Positions 17,459 through 30,989 of a stretch of DNA of 64,000 nucleotides are shown here, piece after piece (position 1 is the stretch's first letter; each line of letters begins with the position of its first letter). Under the pieces are notes generated by a model. The model was not told the origin of the DNA, searched no databases, and saw nothing but the letters and a program-made list of their open reading frames with translations. Both the position numbers and the translations under genes were made by a program. Source of the DNA: Eledone cirrhosa (lineage: Eukaryota); assembly GCA_964016885.1 (NCBI GenBank), contig OZ024741.1, positions 394,506,001-394,570,000 on the forward strand. The letters run 5' to 3'.

Positions 17459-20400
17459 ATCATCATCATCATTATCATCGTTTAACCTTCATATTCCACG
17501 CTTGCATGGGTTTGGACGGGAGTTTTCCCACTTGAGGCAAGATTGGTTGTCTTGCTCGTATAGGACTGTCTGGAGGGTTTTCTACAGCTGGATGCCCTAC
17601 CTAACACCAACCACATTTACAGCGTGGGACTGGGAGGTTTTTACCGTGTTACCTACACGGCCATATTACAGCGTGGACTGTGTGTTTTTTTGTCGTGACA
17701 CCTACACGACCTCATTTGTTTCGGGCTGGATGTTGTGGTACCAACATAACTTTACATTGAAAGAGGTAGTGTGGATGGGGTGGGGGTAGTGGGACGGGGG
17801 TGTATTTTGTTAGAGGTGCCTACTGACTGTAGTAGGTTTCACTTTGTACTTAGGTAAGGCGGGTCTTCTCTATTACTGTGAAGCGCCAAAGATCTTGGTC
17901 CAGTGACATTGTCTTGGAGAGGTGTAAGTGTGTGAGGTCGGAATTTATCAAGTCGTCCCAGGTTTTTCTGGGTCTGCCTACTCCGTGGCTACCGTCTATT
18001 TCTATTGCCCTGCACTTTTTTATACAGCTGTCGTCTTTCATGCGCATCACGTGACCGTACCAACGTAGTCTTCTCTCGAGTAAACATCTGATCCCTCTTA
18101 TTTCTAATTGTTCCCTTAGTTCGTTTATGCTTTGCCGTTCACGTATATTACTATTACTATTATTCAGAGCACCCTCCCCTACTGTTGATTTTGTCACCCA
18201 GGTAACGGAAGCTGTCCACTATTTCTATAGAACCATCTGTGCAATGGAATGAGCTAGCATTCTGTGGGTTCTTGCTGCTACTTATTGCACCAGAGCACCG
18301 GCCACATATAAAATCTATGTTCTTAGTTAGCTTACTTGTGATCCCACTACATCTTTTATGCACCCATACTTTGCATTTGGGACATAAAATGGAGTTTCTA
18401 CCTACTCCTTTCCTACACACTGAGCATGGATGGGACCGGTGCCCTATTTTCCTTCCTACAAACTAGAACTTTAGTCTTAGACAGGTTAATTTTAAGGCCT
18501 TTTGATTCTAGGCCATGCTTCCATGTTTGGAGTTTCTTCTCTAGTTCGGCCATTTATTCAGCTATGAGCGTTAGATCATCTACGTATAGGAGTTCCCATG
18601 GGCAGCCGGTCTTGAACTCCACTGTTACAGCCTGAAGGGCAATAATAAATAATAGGGGCTAAGAACGGAGCCCTGATGAACACCAACTTTTACGCTAAAC
18701 TCTTCACTATATTCGTTGTTAATTCTAACCTTGCTGACTGTTTCTTTATACATGGCTTGTATAGCTCTCACAAGCCATTCATCAACACCTAGTTTTCTAA
18801 GAGCCCACCAGATAATGGAGCGGGAGACTCTGTCAAAGGCTTTCTCCAAGTCGACAAAAGCTAAGTATAGGGGTTTACTTTTAGCTAGGTACTTCTCCTG
18901 TAGTTGTCGTACAATGAAAAGAGCGTCTGTGGTACTTTTACCTGACACAAACCCGAACTGCATTTCATCTAGATCAATTCTCTCTCTGATTAGTTGCGCT
19001 ATTACTTTTTCTGTGACCTTCATGACCTGGTCAATTAATTTAATGCCTCTATAGTTACCCCTATCTAGGGCATCTCCTTTACACTTGTAACAGTTAATGA
19101 TCATGCTGCTTCACCAGTCCTTCGGAACGACCCCATTCTGTATGACTTGGTTTACTATCCGGGTGACCATGGTGTGTCCCACCGTTCCAGAGGCTTTCAG
19201 CATCTCAGCAACTATTTCCGAAGGCCCAGCCGCCTTACCCGTCTTCATATCTTTGATTGCCTTACTTATACTACCTTCAACTTGCACTGCTGGTCCCTCT
19301 ATTGGATCGATGTGGGGGAGACTGTCTTTCTCCCATTTATTCTCCTCATTTAGTAGCCTTTCGTAGTGACACTTCCAAGCTACCTTCTTATCAGCGTCAG
19401 TGATGGCAAGTACACCATCATCATTCAAGACACACTTCTCCCCGACAATATCACGGTTTTCCTTGACACATTGCCTAACAATCCTGAACACCTCACGTTT
19501 TTGGTCCTCGCGTTGTAGAACATGCTTGAACTTTCTTTCCTCTGCTTCCCTTCTTGCGAAGTACACTTGTCTCCTAGTTTCCCTCCTGGCCACTTGATAG
19601 TCTTCTCTACTTCCCCCATTCCGCCATACTTTCCAAGCCTGCTTTTTGGCCTTAATTGACTCCTCCACCTTACTGTTCCACCACCATGTTACTCTCCTCC
19701 TGCCTATAGACCTGCTCCAGCCACAGACTTCGTCTGCCGCCATCAGCAGGTTTGCTTTCAGGAATTCCCACTGTTCCTCTATATTGTACGACTCTAAATG
19801 CTCTTCCTTACTGTCGAAAGCATCAAGTAATATGCTTTGAAATTTATTTCTGGCTGTGGGGTCCTTTAGCTTCCATATTTTTCTTCTGAGGATAATCCTC
19901 TTCTGTTGTCTAGTACGTCTCGTCCTGACTATGAGGTTGCTAATTATCAGTCTATGTTGGGAGGTGTATTCTTCATGGGGGAGGGATTTAGTGTTTACAA
20001 CAGACACTCTGTCACGTCTTCTGGTAAGGATATAATCTACCTGGCTGGTGTGTTCCCCTGATCTGTAGGTGATCAAGTGATTGTCTCGTTTTTTGAAGTT
20101 AGTGTTACAGATAGTTAGGTTATTTGCGTCACAGAATTCCAGGATTCTGGAGCCTTCCTCATTTCTAGTACCAAACCCATAGCCTCCGTGGATTCTGTCA
20201 TAGCCGTCACAATGTTGTCCAACGTGACCATTTAGGTCGCCAGCTATAATTATATAGTCACTGTCGGTTATTTGGGAGGTAGTGAGCATCAGTGTCTCAT
20301 AGAATCTGTCTTTTATAGCGCCAGGCACTCCGGATTGGGGTGCGTACGCAGATATTACTGTCACAGTAGTTCTATTTAGAACAAGTCTTATTTTAATTAT

Positions 20401-21175
20401 TCTGTCATTCACTCTATTTACGTCTATTATCTTATCCACCCATTTTTCTGCTAACATGATTCCTACCCCACCCAGCCCATTGTCATTTCCCACCCAGAAA
20501 AAGCTTATAGCATCGTTTTTTACCCACAATGAATCTAGCAGACCCGCCCCTCCACCTGGTCTCTTGGATACATCAACCTCCTTACGTTCAAGCATTTCTA
20601 CAACCTCGTTAGAGCGGCCTTTTAAGGTGCCTACATTCATGGTACCAACTCTGAAGTTTTGCATTGCGTTTGGAGGGTGGGGCGCAGGGAGGGGTGAGGG
20701 GGATGGGGTTGGGGTTATGTTGGCCATCCGCGGCCGAAACAAAAAGGAGAGTCCTTGCCCTTTCGTCCGGCAGCATGGGGTGAATTTGTCGTTATCTTTG
20801 GCATTGTCTTCGAGTGTCCAGATTCTTCAGACTCTCCAGAAATTCCTTAGTCCATCCAACATATCGAAAAGCAACCAGGAGAAGTGATAGCATAGGCCGT
20901 TGACTTGTGATTGGTCCAAATAATAAAGGTGGAGAGTGGGGGCGTGCGGGAGGGGTATGGGGTAGTTAGCGAGGAGAAGATTATTTAGAACAGTCAGTAG
21001 CAATTACAGTCAATAGCAATTAAGAAGTAGGATTTGGATTCTGGGCGATTATAGATATATGGATGAATGAACCGAAGGGTGGAGAGACAAGAAGAAAATG
21101 TTATTTTTACATTACATTTCGTAGAAGTGGACTGACCATTAATAAGAGTTGACAAATTCTGAGATTCGTACCTCG
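17459..21175 (-). mobile_element. RTE-clade LINE copy 2, apparently full length (~3.7 kb), pseudogenised, nested in the R4/Dong element
   Basis: ORF 19111-20742 (GTMNVGTL, SAYAPQSG, AGDLNGH) continues through RT, PHD and C-terminal fragments. (GAT)n tail at 17455-17480. Highly similar to copy 1. TATC occurs at both junctions (17455-58, 21176-79). Confidence 0.93.
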
Positions 21176-23100
21176 TATCCTTGCTATATATTCTTATATT
21201 CTTTCTGTGCTAGGGGTGGTGTGCATTGACTGGTAATATGCCATACAGTTTCTTCATTCATGCCACAAATTCTACATTTATTACTTTTTGCTGTGTGGTT
21301 TACTCTGTTTCATGTAATTAGTTATTAGTGTTTGTTCTTGAGCAGCACAAATTAAGGCTTTCCTTTCCAGTTTTAGATCACTCTTAGCCATCCCTAACCA
21401 CCTTTTTTCTCTGTGGATTCGTCCATACATTCTTTTTTCTGTCCGTCTACTTTCAGTTTCATCCATCTTCAAATGCTTGTCCTGTGTTTTTTCTTTGCAA
21501 TCTTCTATTTTGCACATCCCTGACCTTCTTACTTCCAGCAACACTGGTTCTGTGGAACTTTTTATGTACCACACCATGTTATTTTCTTCTGTTCTAATGC
21601 TGTCTTCACACTCTATTAGCTCTTCTACTGTCCAGTGATCACACCCCACTCCATATCTAAGGAATGATACCACCCATGTATTGATAGCTTCCATCTTATT
21701 CCGTTCATTCAGTTATGACTTGAGAATAAGTCTCAGTCTGCACATGTATTCCACCTTAACATTTTCTTTCATTTCCTACTGCATTACCTTATCAACTTCC
21801 AATATCCCTAAGTACTTATAGCCTTCCTCTTCTGTTTGCTTTATAACCTTTCCTAATGGCAACACCAACCCCTCAATGCTTTTATTTTTGCCTCTGTTCA
21901 AGATTAACACCACACTTTTTTAATCCAAGCTCTATTCTGATGTTAACACTAAATGTATATACCGTATCAACGAGGGAACCAATCTACAAAGCTTGAGGTC
22001 ATCCATGAATAATAAGTGGTTGACTTTTTGCTGGTGACCTTTGCATTCCTATACAGACTTAGCTTTTCTCAAAATCATTGTCAGTTGTAGCCTGCACAGT
22101 ACAAACATCAGTGGTGACAGGCAGTCACCTTGGAATATACCTCTCTTGATTTCTATTGTTCCTAAATTTCTCCCATATGCTGTCAGTTCAGTCTACAACT
22201 CTTTCATACTTTTCCTTGAGAATCGCTCAACATTTGATGCAATACCAAATAAGTTAATGCATTTCATAATCCAAGAGTCCGAAATCTTGTCAAAGCCTTT
22301 GCGGTAATCGATCCACGCCACGGTCGAGTTGGTTTTCCTCCTCTTACTATCCTTAAGTATTGTTTTATCTATCAAAAGCGAGTCCTTTGTACCTCTGCAC
22401 TTATACTTGCACCCTTTCTGTTCATCTGGTAGAACTCCATTTTCTGCAAGATGTCCATACATTGATTCTGTGATTATTCCAGTCATTAATTTCCATATAA
22501 GTGGTAGGCATGTTATTAGTCTATAGTTGTCTACCACATTCCTTTAGTGATATCTTTTAAGCACAAAGCTGTCCTACCCTTTGTTAGCCACTCCGGTATC
22601 ATTTAATCAGCATTTAGCAATATGTTGAGTTGTTCAGTTATTCATTCATGACATTGACTAAATCTTTTGATCCAGTAGTCTTGAACTCCATCTAGTCAAG
22701 GCTTTTTCTGGCTATTCTGTCATACATTGCCTTCTGTTCACCTGTCATGTTTATGTCATTATTGTCTTCCATGCCATCTACATTTCTCTCACCAGAGAGA
22801 CCATCTCTACTCTGTTTCTGTGGGATACCAGAAATCTCTTCACCCTTGTCCTCTACTATAGTTTCCGTTTCCTCAGTTAGACCTTCATCTACACCAGTTA
22901 TTTCACTGATGTTTCATAATATCCGTCTTTTGATAGTTTCAAATTCCACTTCTGTTAACCAGCTGGTCCATTGCTGAATAACGACCTGCTGGAGCCGGAC
23001 CAGGTACTCCAAGTTTGCCGGGCACGATACCTTCAACATCGATGGTTCCAGTCCCGTTAATGCCATTATTCTCAATTTTTTTAATTTAACATAATCACTC
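21176..23100 (-). mobile_element. R4/Dong-type LINE, 5' and middle part (RT and CCHC), continuing the 16919-17458 piece
   Basis: [74 protein letters not shown]. It rejoins as IARI|VHW across the RTE. Confidence 0.85.
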
Positions 23101-23376
23101 ATATGAGGTACAAAAAATTTATTTAACATATGAGATAGCGATTATTAGGTTGCGCAACTACCAGTGTTTTTATCATGTCACTATCACTATTAATATTATT
23201 ATAAATAAATCATTGCCACCATTATCACTAGCACTACCGTTATTATTACCACCATTAATGTAAACAAGTTTTTCTTAGTAGAAAATATATGAAAATATAT
23301 CTGCTACTTCGAGGAAAGTATTTATATTAATTATTTTTACCTACTTTGATTGGTCAGTAGCTAAATTATTATAACA

Positions 23377-24163
23377 CTTGCAGAGGTACCCGGGTTTGCC
23401 TGGGAATAAAAGTGGTCCTTCAATATGAGAAGAAAGCAAAACATGTAATATAGAAATTAGCACTTAAATGTAATTCTCAGGGAGATTCAGCACGCGTACG
23501 CTTAAATGTAATTGTCAGTGTATAAAGATATATGTGTATACACACACACATGTATAAATCAATATGTCAATATAACAGTTATTGTCAAATAGTGTAAATT
23601 AATATTTAAAAATATATAAGTACCCCACCCCTATATATTGTTATCGTCCCTGTGCCCTTCCTATTATCCTCTTTCGTTCTAGGTACTACCACACCCAAGT
23701 GTTTAATGCGGGACATGTTATGTGGTACAACAGGTGTGTCGATGTGTTGGTGTTCATTCATGTCCTCTTTTGGTTATGTCTTTGTGTGAAATATTCAGCC
23801 GTGTCAAACACCGTGTCCTGCTGAATCTCCCTGAGAATTACATTTAAGTGTTCACATGCTGAATTTCTATGAAAATTAAATTTAAGTGTACACATGCCAG
23901 ATATCCCTAAAAAATATATTTAAACATATACATGCTGAATCTCCCTGAGAATTTACGAATTTATTTATATACATGTATATACACATGTATAAATATACGT
24001 GTATACATCAAGGAAATTCAGAGAGAAAAACGAAAGACACATTGAGGTAGATCAGGAGAGAGCGGTTCTAGTGAATACTTTAATTATTACTAATGTATTC
24101 ATGATTTTGTGTCAATCCCGGTCAACAAACAAACTTACTTTTTATATAATATATAGATATAGA
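23377..24163 (-). mobile_element. Probable non-autonomous Helitron (degenerate)
   Basis: The minus strand begins A|TCTATATCTATATATTATATAAAAAG and ends CCCAGGCAAACCCGGGTACCTCTGCAAG|T, a decayed version of the hairpin+CTAG end at 27591-27618. Confidence 0.55.
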
Positions 24164-24216
24164 TAGTTGTGGTCATGGCTGTTTTTGGTTGTGGAATGTG
24201 TTGGCGTTATAATTAT

Positions 24217-24441
24217 TATGAAGGCTGCGTTGTCGGAAATAGGGCGCGTGTTCTCAGACACGAGGGGGCGAAAGCCGTTCGATGAGCCCGAGTGGCGCAT
24301 GCGCGTCGTGGAAACAAAGTCACGATCCGATCATTGGAGGACCACGATGAATGCAGATTACTCGATCCCAGGCAAATGTGTGCGGCTTTTCAGCTGTTCG
24401 GGAGCAGCGGTGGGCCAGATCGCGGGATGGACTTTAGTTTC
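24217..24441 (+). mobile_element. Isolated internal fragment of Tx1 ORF2
   Basis: GAAGGCTGCGTTGTC...CTCAGACACGAGGGG...GATGGACTTTAGT is colinear with 59765-60000. It is preceded by ATAATTATTAT. Confidence 0.85.
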
Positions 24442-24449
24442 TTAAGTAA

Positions 24450-25060
24450 AGCGTGCCTTGCTTTATTTTGATTATCATGTTTCTTGTTTCTTTTTGAAAA
24501 GGATGTTAGATGTCGCAAGTTTATGAGTGTTTGACTTTTCATGAGAAACAATTTTTTCGTGAGCTTTTCTCCAGTTTTTGAAGGCTCTTAAAATGAAAGC
24601 ATTTTAAACAAGTGTGACAAACAACTCCTTTCAATCTAGCATAATAATGCAGCCAATTATAAATCTGGAACCATTCTGATTGAAACTTGTTTGGCAGTTT
24701 TTGAACAGGTATCCCAGTCACATCTGGATGATAATGTTCCAGCGGTGTAAGGCAGCTTTCATAACGTTCAGCAGATTCGATTACAGTGGAAGTTAGGGGA
24801 AGATACAGTATTTTGGCTTGATTTTTTTTTTTAGCACTTTTTTTTAGCTTTCCTGGGAAAGAACATTATCATTTTCATTATCAATTGGTATAGGGAAGCT
24901 TTCATTACGTTCAGTAGGTTCATAAAAAATTATGGAAGTTGAGGGTGACACAAGATCTTGGTTTGATTTTTCTGTATTCCTTGTTTTGGAGCTTTCCTGG
25001 GAAAGAACAGTATCATTTTCACCACTACATTTGAAATATCCACGAATATCCATTTCAAAT
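24450..25060 (-). pseudogene. Decayed hAT-type transposase N-terminus (TTF-like zinc finger)
   Basis: KFQSEWFQIYNWLHYY...GVVCHTC resembles the F..W...WL.Y....CxxC TTF zinc-finger pattern. It is preceded by short internally repeated coding blocks. Confidence 0.55.
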
Positions 25061-25694
25061 CAAGTTATGTTAGAATCTTTTTTCAAAAAATACTCGTACG
25101 AATTAAATACAAAAACTTTTCAGTCCAAAACAAAAGCAAACTATTTCAAATTATATATTTTTGAAAAATAGACGTGAATGTTCTCAAAGACTTGATCTCA
25201 GTCAAAAAAGCTTTTTTTAAATTCATTTTTTTTAAATTCATTTTCACTGTTAGCTGTTGGAATATTTTGATAGGATAGACAATTCTACAATTCAAACTGT
25301 AAAGTCAAAATACCAAAGATGCAAAATATGAAGAATTTCTTACCTTTCTCTGAAATCACAAACTCAGGGGGGAAATAGTAGCTTGCAAAATAAAATACCT
25401 CGATTACAAACTTAGTTGCAACGAATGAATTGAGATGCTTGGTGACAGTGAGCAACAATATATGTATCCCTTATATATATATACATAGATAGAAGATACA
25501 CACACACACACACATACACGCACGCACACACACACATACATACATACATACATACACACACACACAAAGGTGTGTGTGTGTGTGAGCCTTATTTTTGGTA
25601 CAAAAAGAATTTTGTCTCCAGTTTTTATTGCCAGGTCAAAGGCCACTGCTCTGGGTACAAAATGACCAGCTTTTCAACAACGTCAAATAACAAC

Positions 25695-25747
<53 letters not shown>

Positions 25748-25912
25748 GCGGTGCCCCAGCATGGCCTCAGCCGGATAGCTAAAAATAGGAACAGGTAAAA
25801 GAGTAAAAGAGTAATATAAATGAAGAGAGAAAGAAGGATAGACAGAGAGTAAGAGATGTGTGTGTGTTTGGTACACGTCTATCTCTCTATCTATCTATCT
25901 ATCTATCTTCAA

Positions 25913-26316
25913 CAGGGGGCTCAAACATGTGACCCGCGAACTACGTTCTAAGGCCCGTGGTAGAACCAATATTTCAGATTCCATTATAACTGGTGAAAAT
26001 AAGGCGGCGAGCTGGTGGAATCGTTAGCACATCTGGCGAAATGCTTAGCAATACTTCTTCCATTTTTACGTTCTGAGTTCAAATACCGCTGATATCAACA
26101 TCGCCTTTCATCCTTTTGGGGTCGATAAATTAAGTACCAGTTGTGTACTGGGATCGATGTAATCGACGGGACCCTAAACCCTAAATTTCATGCCTTGTGC
26201 CTATAGTAGAAATGATTATAACTGTTGAAAATCATCTCCCACCACCACGTTTGGCCCACTGTGCCTCTCCTCCAGGACGTAATGGCCCTTTTATGTCCTT
26301 AAGTTTGAGACCCCTC
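25913..26316 (+). mobile_element. hAT (Charlie-like) MITE containing a nested SINE
   Basis: Imperfect TIRs CAGGGGGCTCAAAC and GTTTGAGACCCCTC, with subterminal GGCCC motifs. No 8-bp TSD is recognisable. Confidence 0.6.
26003..26219 (+). mobile_element. tRNA-derived Meta-like SINE with 18-bp TSD
   Basis: GGCGGCGAGCTGGTGGAATCGTTAG, GAGTTCAAATAC, core GCCTTTCATCCTTTTGGGGTCGATAAATTAAGTACCAG. TSD ATTATAACTGGTGAAAAT (25983-26000) and ATTATAACTGTTGAAAAT (26215-26232). Confidence 0.9.
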
Positions 26317-26320
26317 TTCT

Positions 26321-26378
<58 letters not shown>

Positions 26379-26524
26379 TTTACTTTTTTTCTGTCTTTGG
26401 ACTACGCCCATGCTGGAGCATCGTCTTGGTAAGTTACGGGGACATCAACAAACAAACAAGCATTGGTGAACCCGGAAACGTGGTTGGGAAGCAAGTTTCT
26501 TGTCACACTGCACATATATATATT

Positions 26525-26588
26525 TGTGTGTGTGTGTGTGTGTGTGTATACATGTGTGTGAGTGTGCGCGCGCGTGTGTTTGTGTATA

Positions 26589-26686
<98 letters not shown>

Positions 26687-26710
26687 GTGCGTGCGCGCGC
26701 GAGCGTGTGT
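26525..26710. repeat. (GT)n/(GC)n microsatellite
   Basis: Direct inspection. Confidence 0.95.
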
Positions 26711-26714
26711 ATAA

Positions 26715-27618
26715 TCTCTCTATATATAAAATTCTTTGTCTCTCTGTTCCTATGCATTCTCAAACGACTCGACCAAATCAAATCGAATTTTACAAGGTGA
26801 TAGTATTAGTCCCCGGAAGTGTCAACATGTAATGTTTATTTGCATTTCGATTAAAACAATATTTTATCTAAAATAATATTTCTATAGTCAACTAAGTGAT
26901 ATTTTATAACACCACGACGACGATGACGTCACATTTTGTATATTAGTGTGTATGTGTCTGTGAGTGTGTGTGTGTGTTTGCGAATTCCTTGCTTAAACAC
27001 ACTCACATCTAGACACATATAGCCTTAGTAAGTTGCATGATATTATCTTCACACACAGACAATCAAACACACACACACATCTACACATACAGATACATAT
27101 GTGTGATGACAGACAGGTGTGCGTGAATGTATGTCTCTGTGTGTCTGTCTTAGTATATGTATGTGAGTGCATGTAAGAGTGTGTGTGAATGTATGTGAGA
27201 GTGTATGTGTATGTGAGTGTATGTGGAGAGTGTATGTGTGATGATTTTTTTTCATTTAGTGAAACGACTGTCAAAAAAATTAGGTGAAAAAGCTATGCGT
27301 GTGTCTACTTGAATATATGTCTGTGTAGATCTGTCTTAGTGTATGTGAGTGTGTATGTGTGTGAATGTGTAGCAACAATTTATTCATTTTGACACCAACA
27401 AAAATATTACACAATAAATATTGTTTACCCTAAGGTGCTTCAAGGTTGACAGATTTTCATTTCTAAATTCTATTATCATTACAATTTTGATATTTTTTTT
27501 TAATAAAATATAGATATTTTGAAATAATTATGAGAAAAAAAACATATCTTCATATTTATTGTTTACTAATCTGAATAAGAACACCAGTAGCCCGGGCAAC
27601 GCCGGGTCATTCAGCTAG
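26715..27618 (+). mobile_element. Non-autonomous Helitron (~0.9 kb)
   Basis: 5' end A|TCTCTCTATATATAAAA. 3' hairpin CCCGG-GCAACG-CCGGG (27591-27606), an 8-nt spacer, then CTAG|T. No TSD. Confidence 0.75.
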
Positions 27619-27625
27619 TATGCTA

Positions 27626-29782
<2,157 letters not shown>

Positions 29783-29975
29783 AAATTACATGAATCAAAG
29801 TTCTGTTCAAATCATTTATAACTGCTCTGTAGAACAACTGATGTTATTACATTGAGCTATTTATCTTACTGGTAATAAGGTAGTAATACATTACTGTCTT
29901 TCACTGTTTAGGGTTTAAAATATATATAACTATAAAAGGTTTTAGTATATACAAAACCATAAATAGTATCCTTAA

Positions 29976-30031
<56 letters not shown>

Positions 30032-30989
30032 AGAGTCAGGTTCGATCCACAAATAGGTCGCACCTCAAGCTGTTCGCAGGAGAAACAATTGTAATACGTA
30101 ATAAATTGTGTTCCGATGCTTCAATGATTCTTCGTTTTCCATATTATCCTACTCTGTTTTTTTTTTGGTAAGGAGAGAATTTTGCCTCCGGATTTTATTA
30201 CCTAGGGAGATTAAATACCACAGCTCTACCTAAAAGCTGACCAGCTTTTCAATCTCATCAAACACCAACGCTGGCCTGTGTGTGTATATATATGTGTATG
30301 TATGTATGTATGTATGTATGTATGTATGTATGTACGTAATTATGCATGTGTGTGTATGTTCGTACGTATGTATAAGTATACACCCACACCTGTCATCACA
30401 ATTGCTTCTTTTTTTTTGTCATTTCTGTTGAAGTTGTTCTTGTAACTGTTGTCATAGTTGACTTTTGATTTCTTTCGGTTTTCTTTGATTTCTTTCGTTT
30501 TTCTCCCTAGGGAATTCGTTGACGAGCTTCTTTTATTTATTTTCTTCGTATCCTTTAATTTTATTTAAAAGAATTTTTTTCCTCCGCTGACTTGCGGGCC
30601 GCTCAAACTCTTTTTTGGGTAAAAAGTAGCGGGAACAAAAGATGTTTTGTCCCCCGTTCCTGAAAAGTGTGTGTATGAGGGGGGAGGGGGTCCTTAGTAC
30701 CCCGCTGAAACAAAGCCCTTGATTGTACCCAGAACAAATCTATAAATTTTCTCCCAGATTTAGATGAATGTGAAAAATTTGGTCGATTTCTCTTTGATTA
30801 GCAGGAGCAAAGTACGTTTAAAATAGTCTATTCAGATATGGAAGTGCTAAAATATAATTAGATACTTGTATATATTTGGCAATAGATTTCAAACAAATAT
30901 TATTAAAAGATATTTACCACTTATTAAACACATCTTTAACTGAATCTCCTTCTCTCCCCCTCTCTCTATCTCTCTTATTATTATTGTTA

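Noticed and set aside
30625-30665. Terminator-like hairpin GGGAACAAAA-GATG-TTTTGTCCCC
   Set aside because: It is a single short imperfect stem in a eukaryotic context with no associated gene or element boundary.
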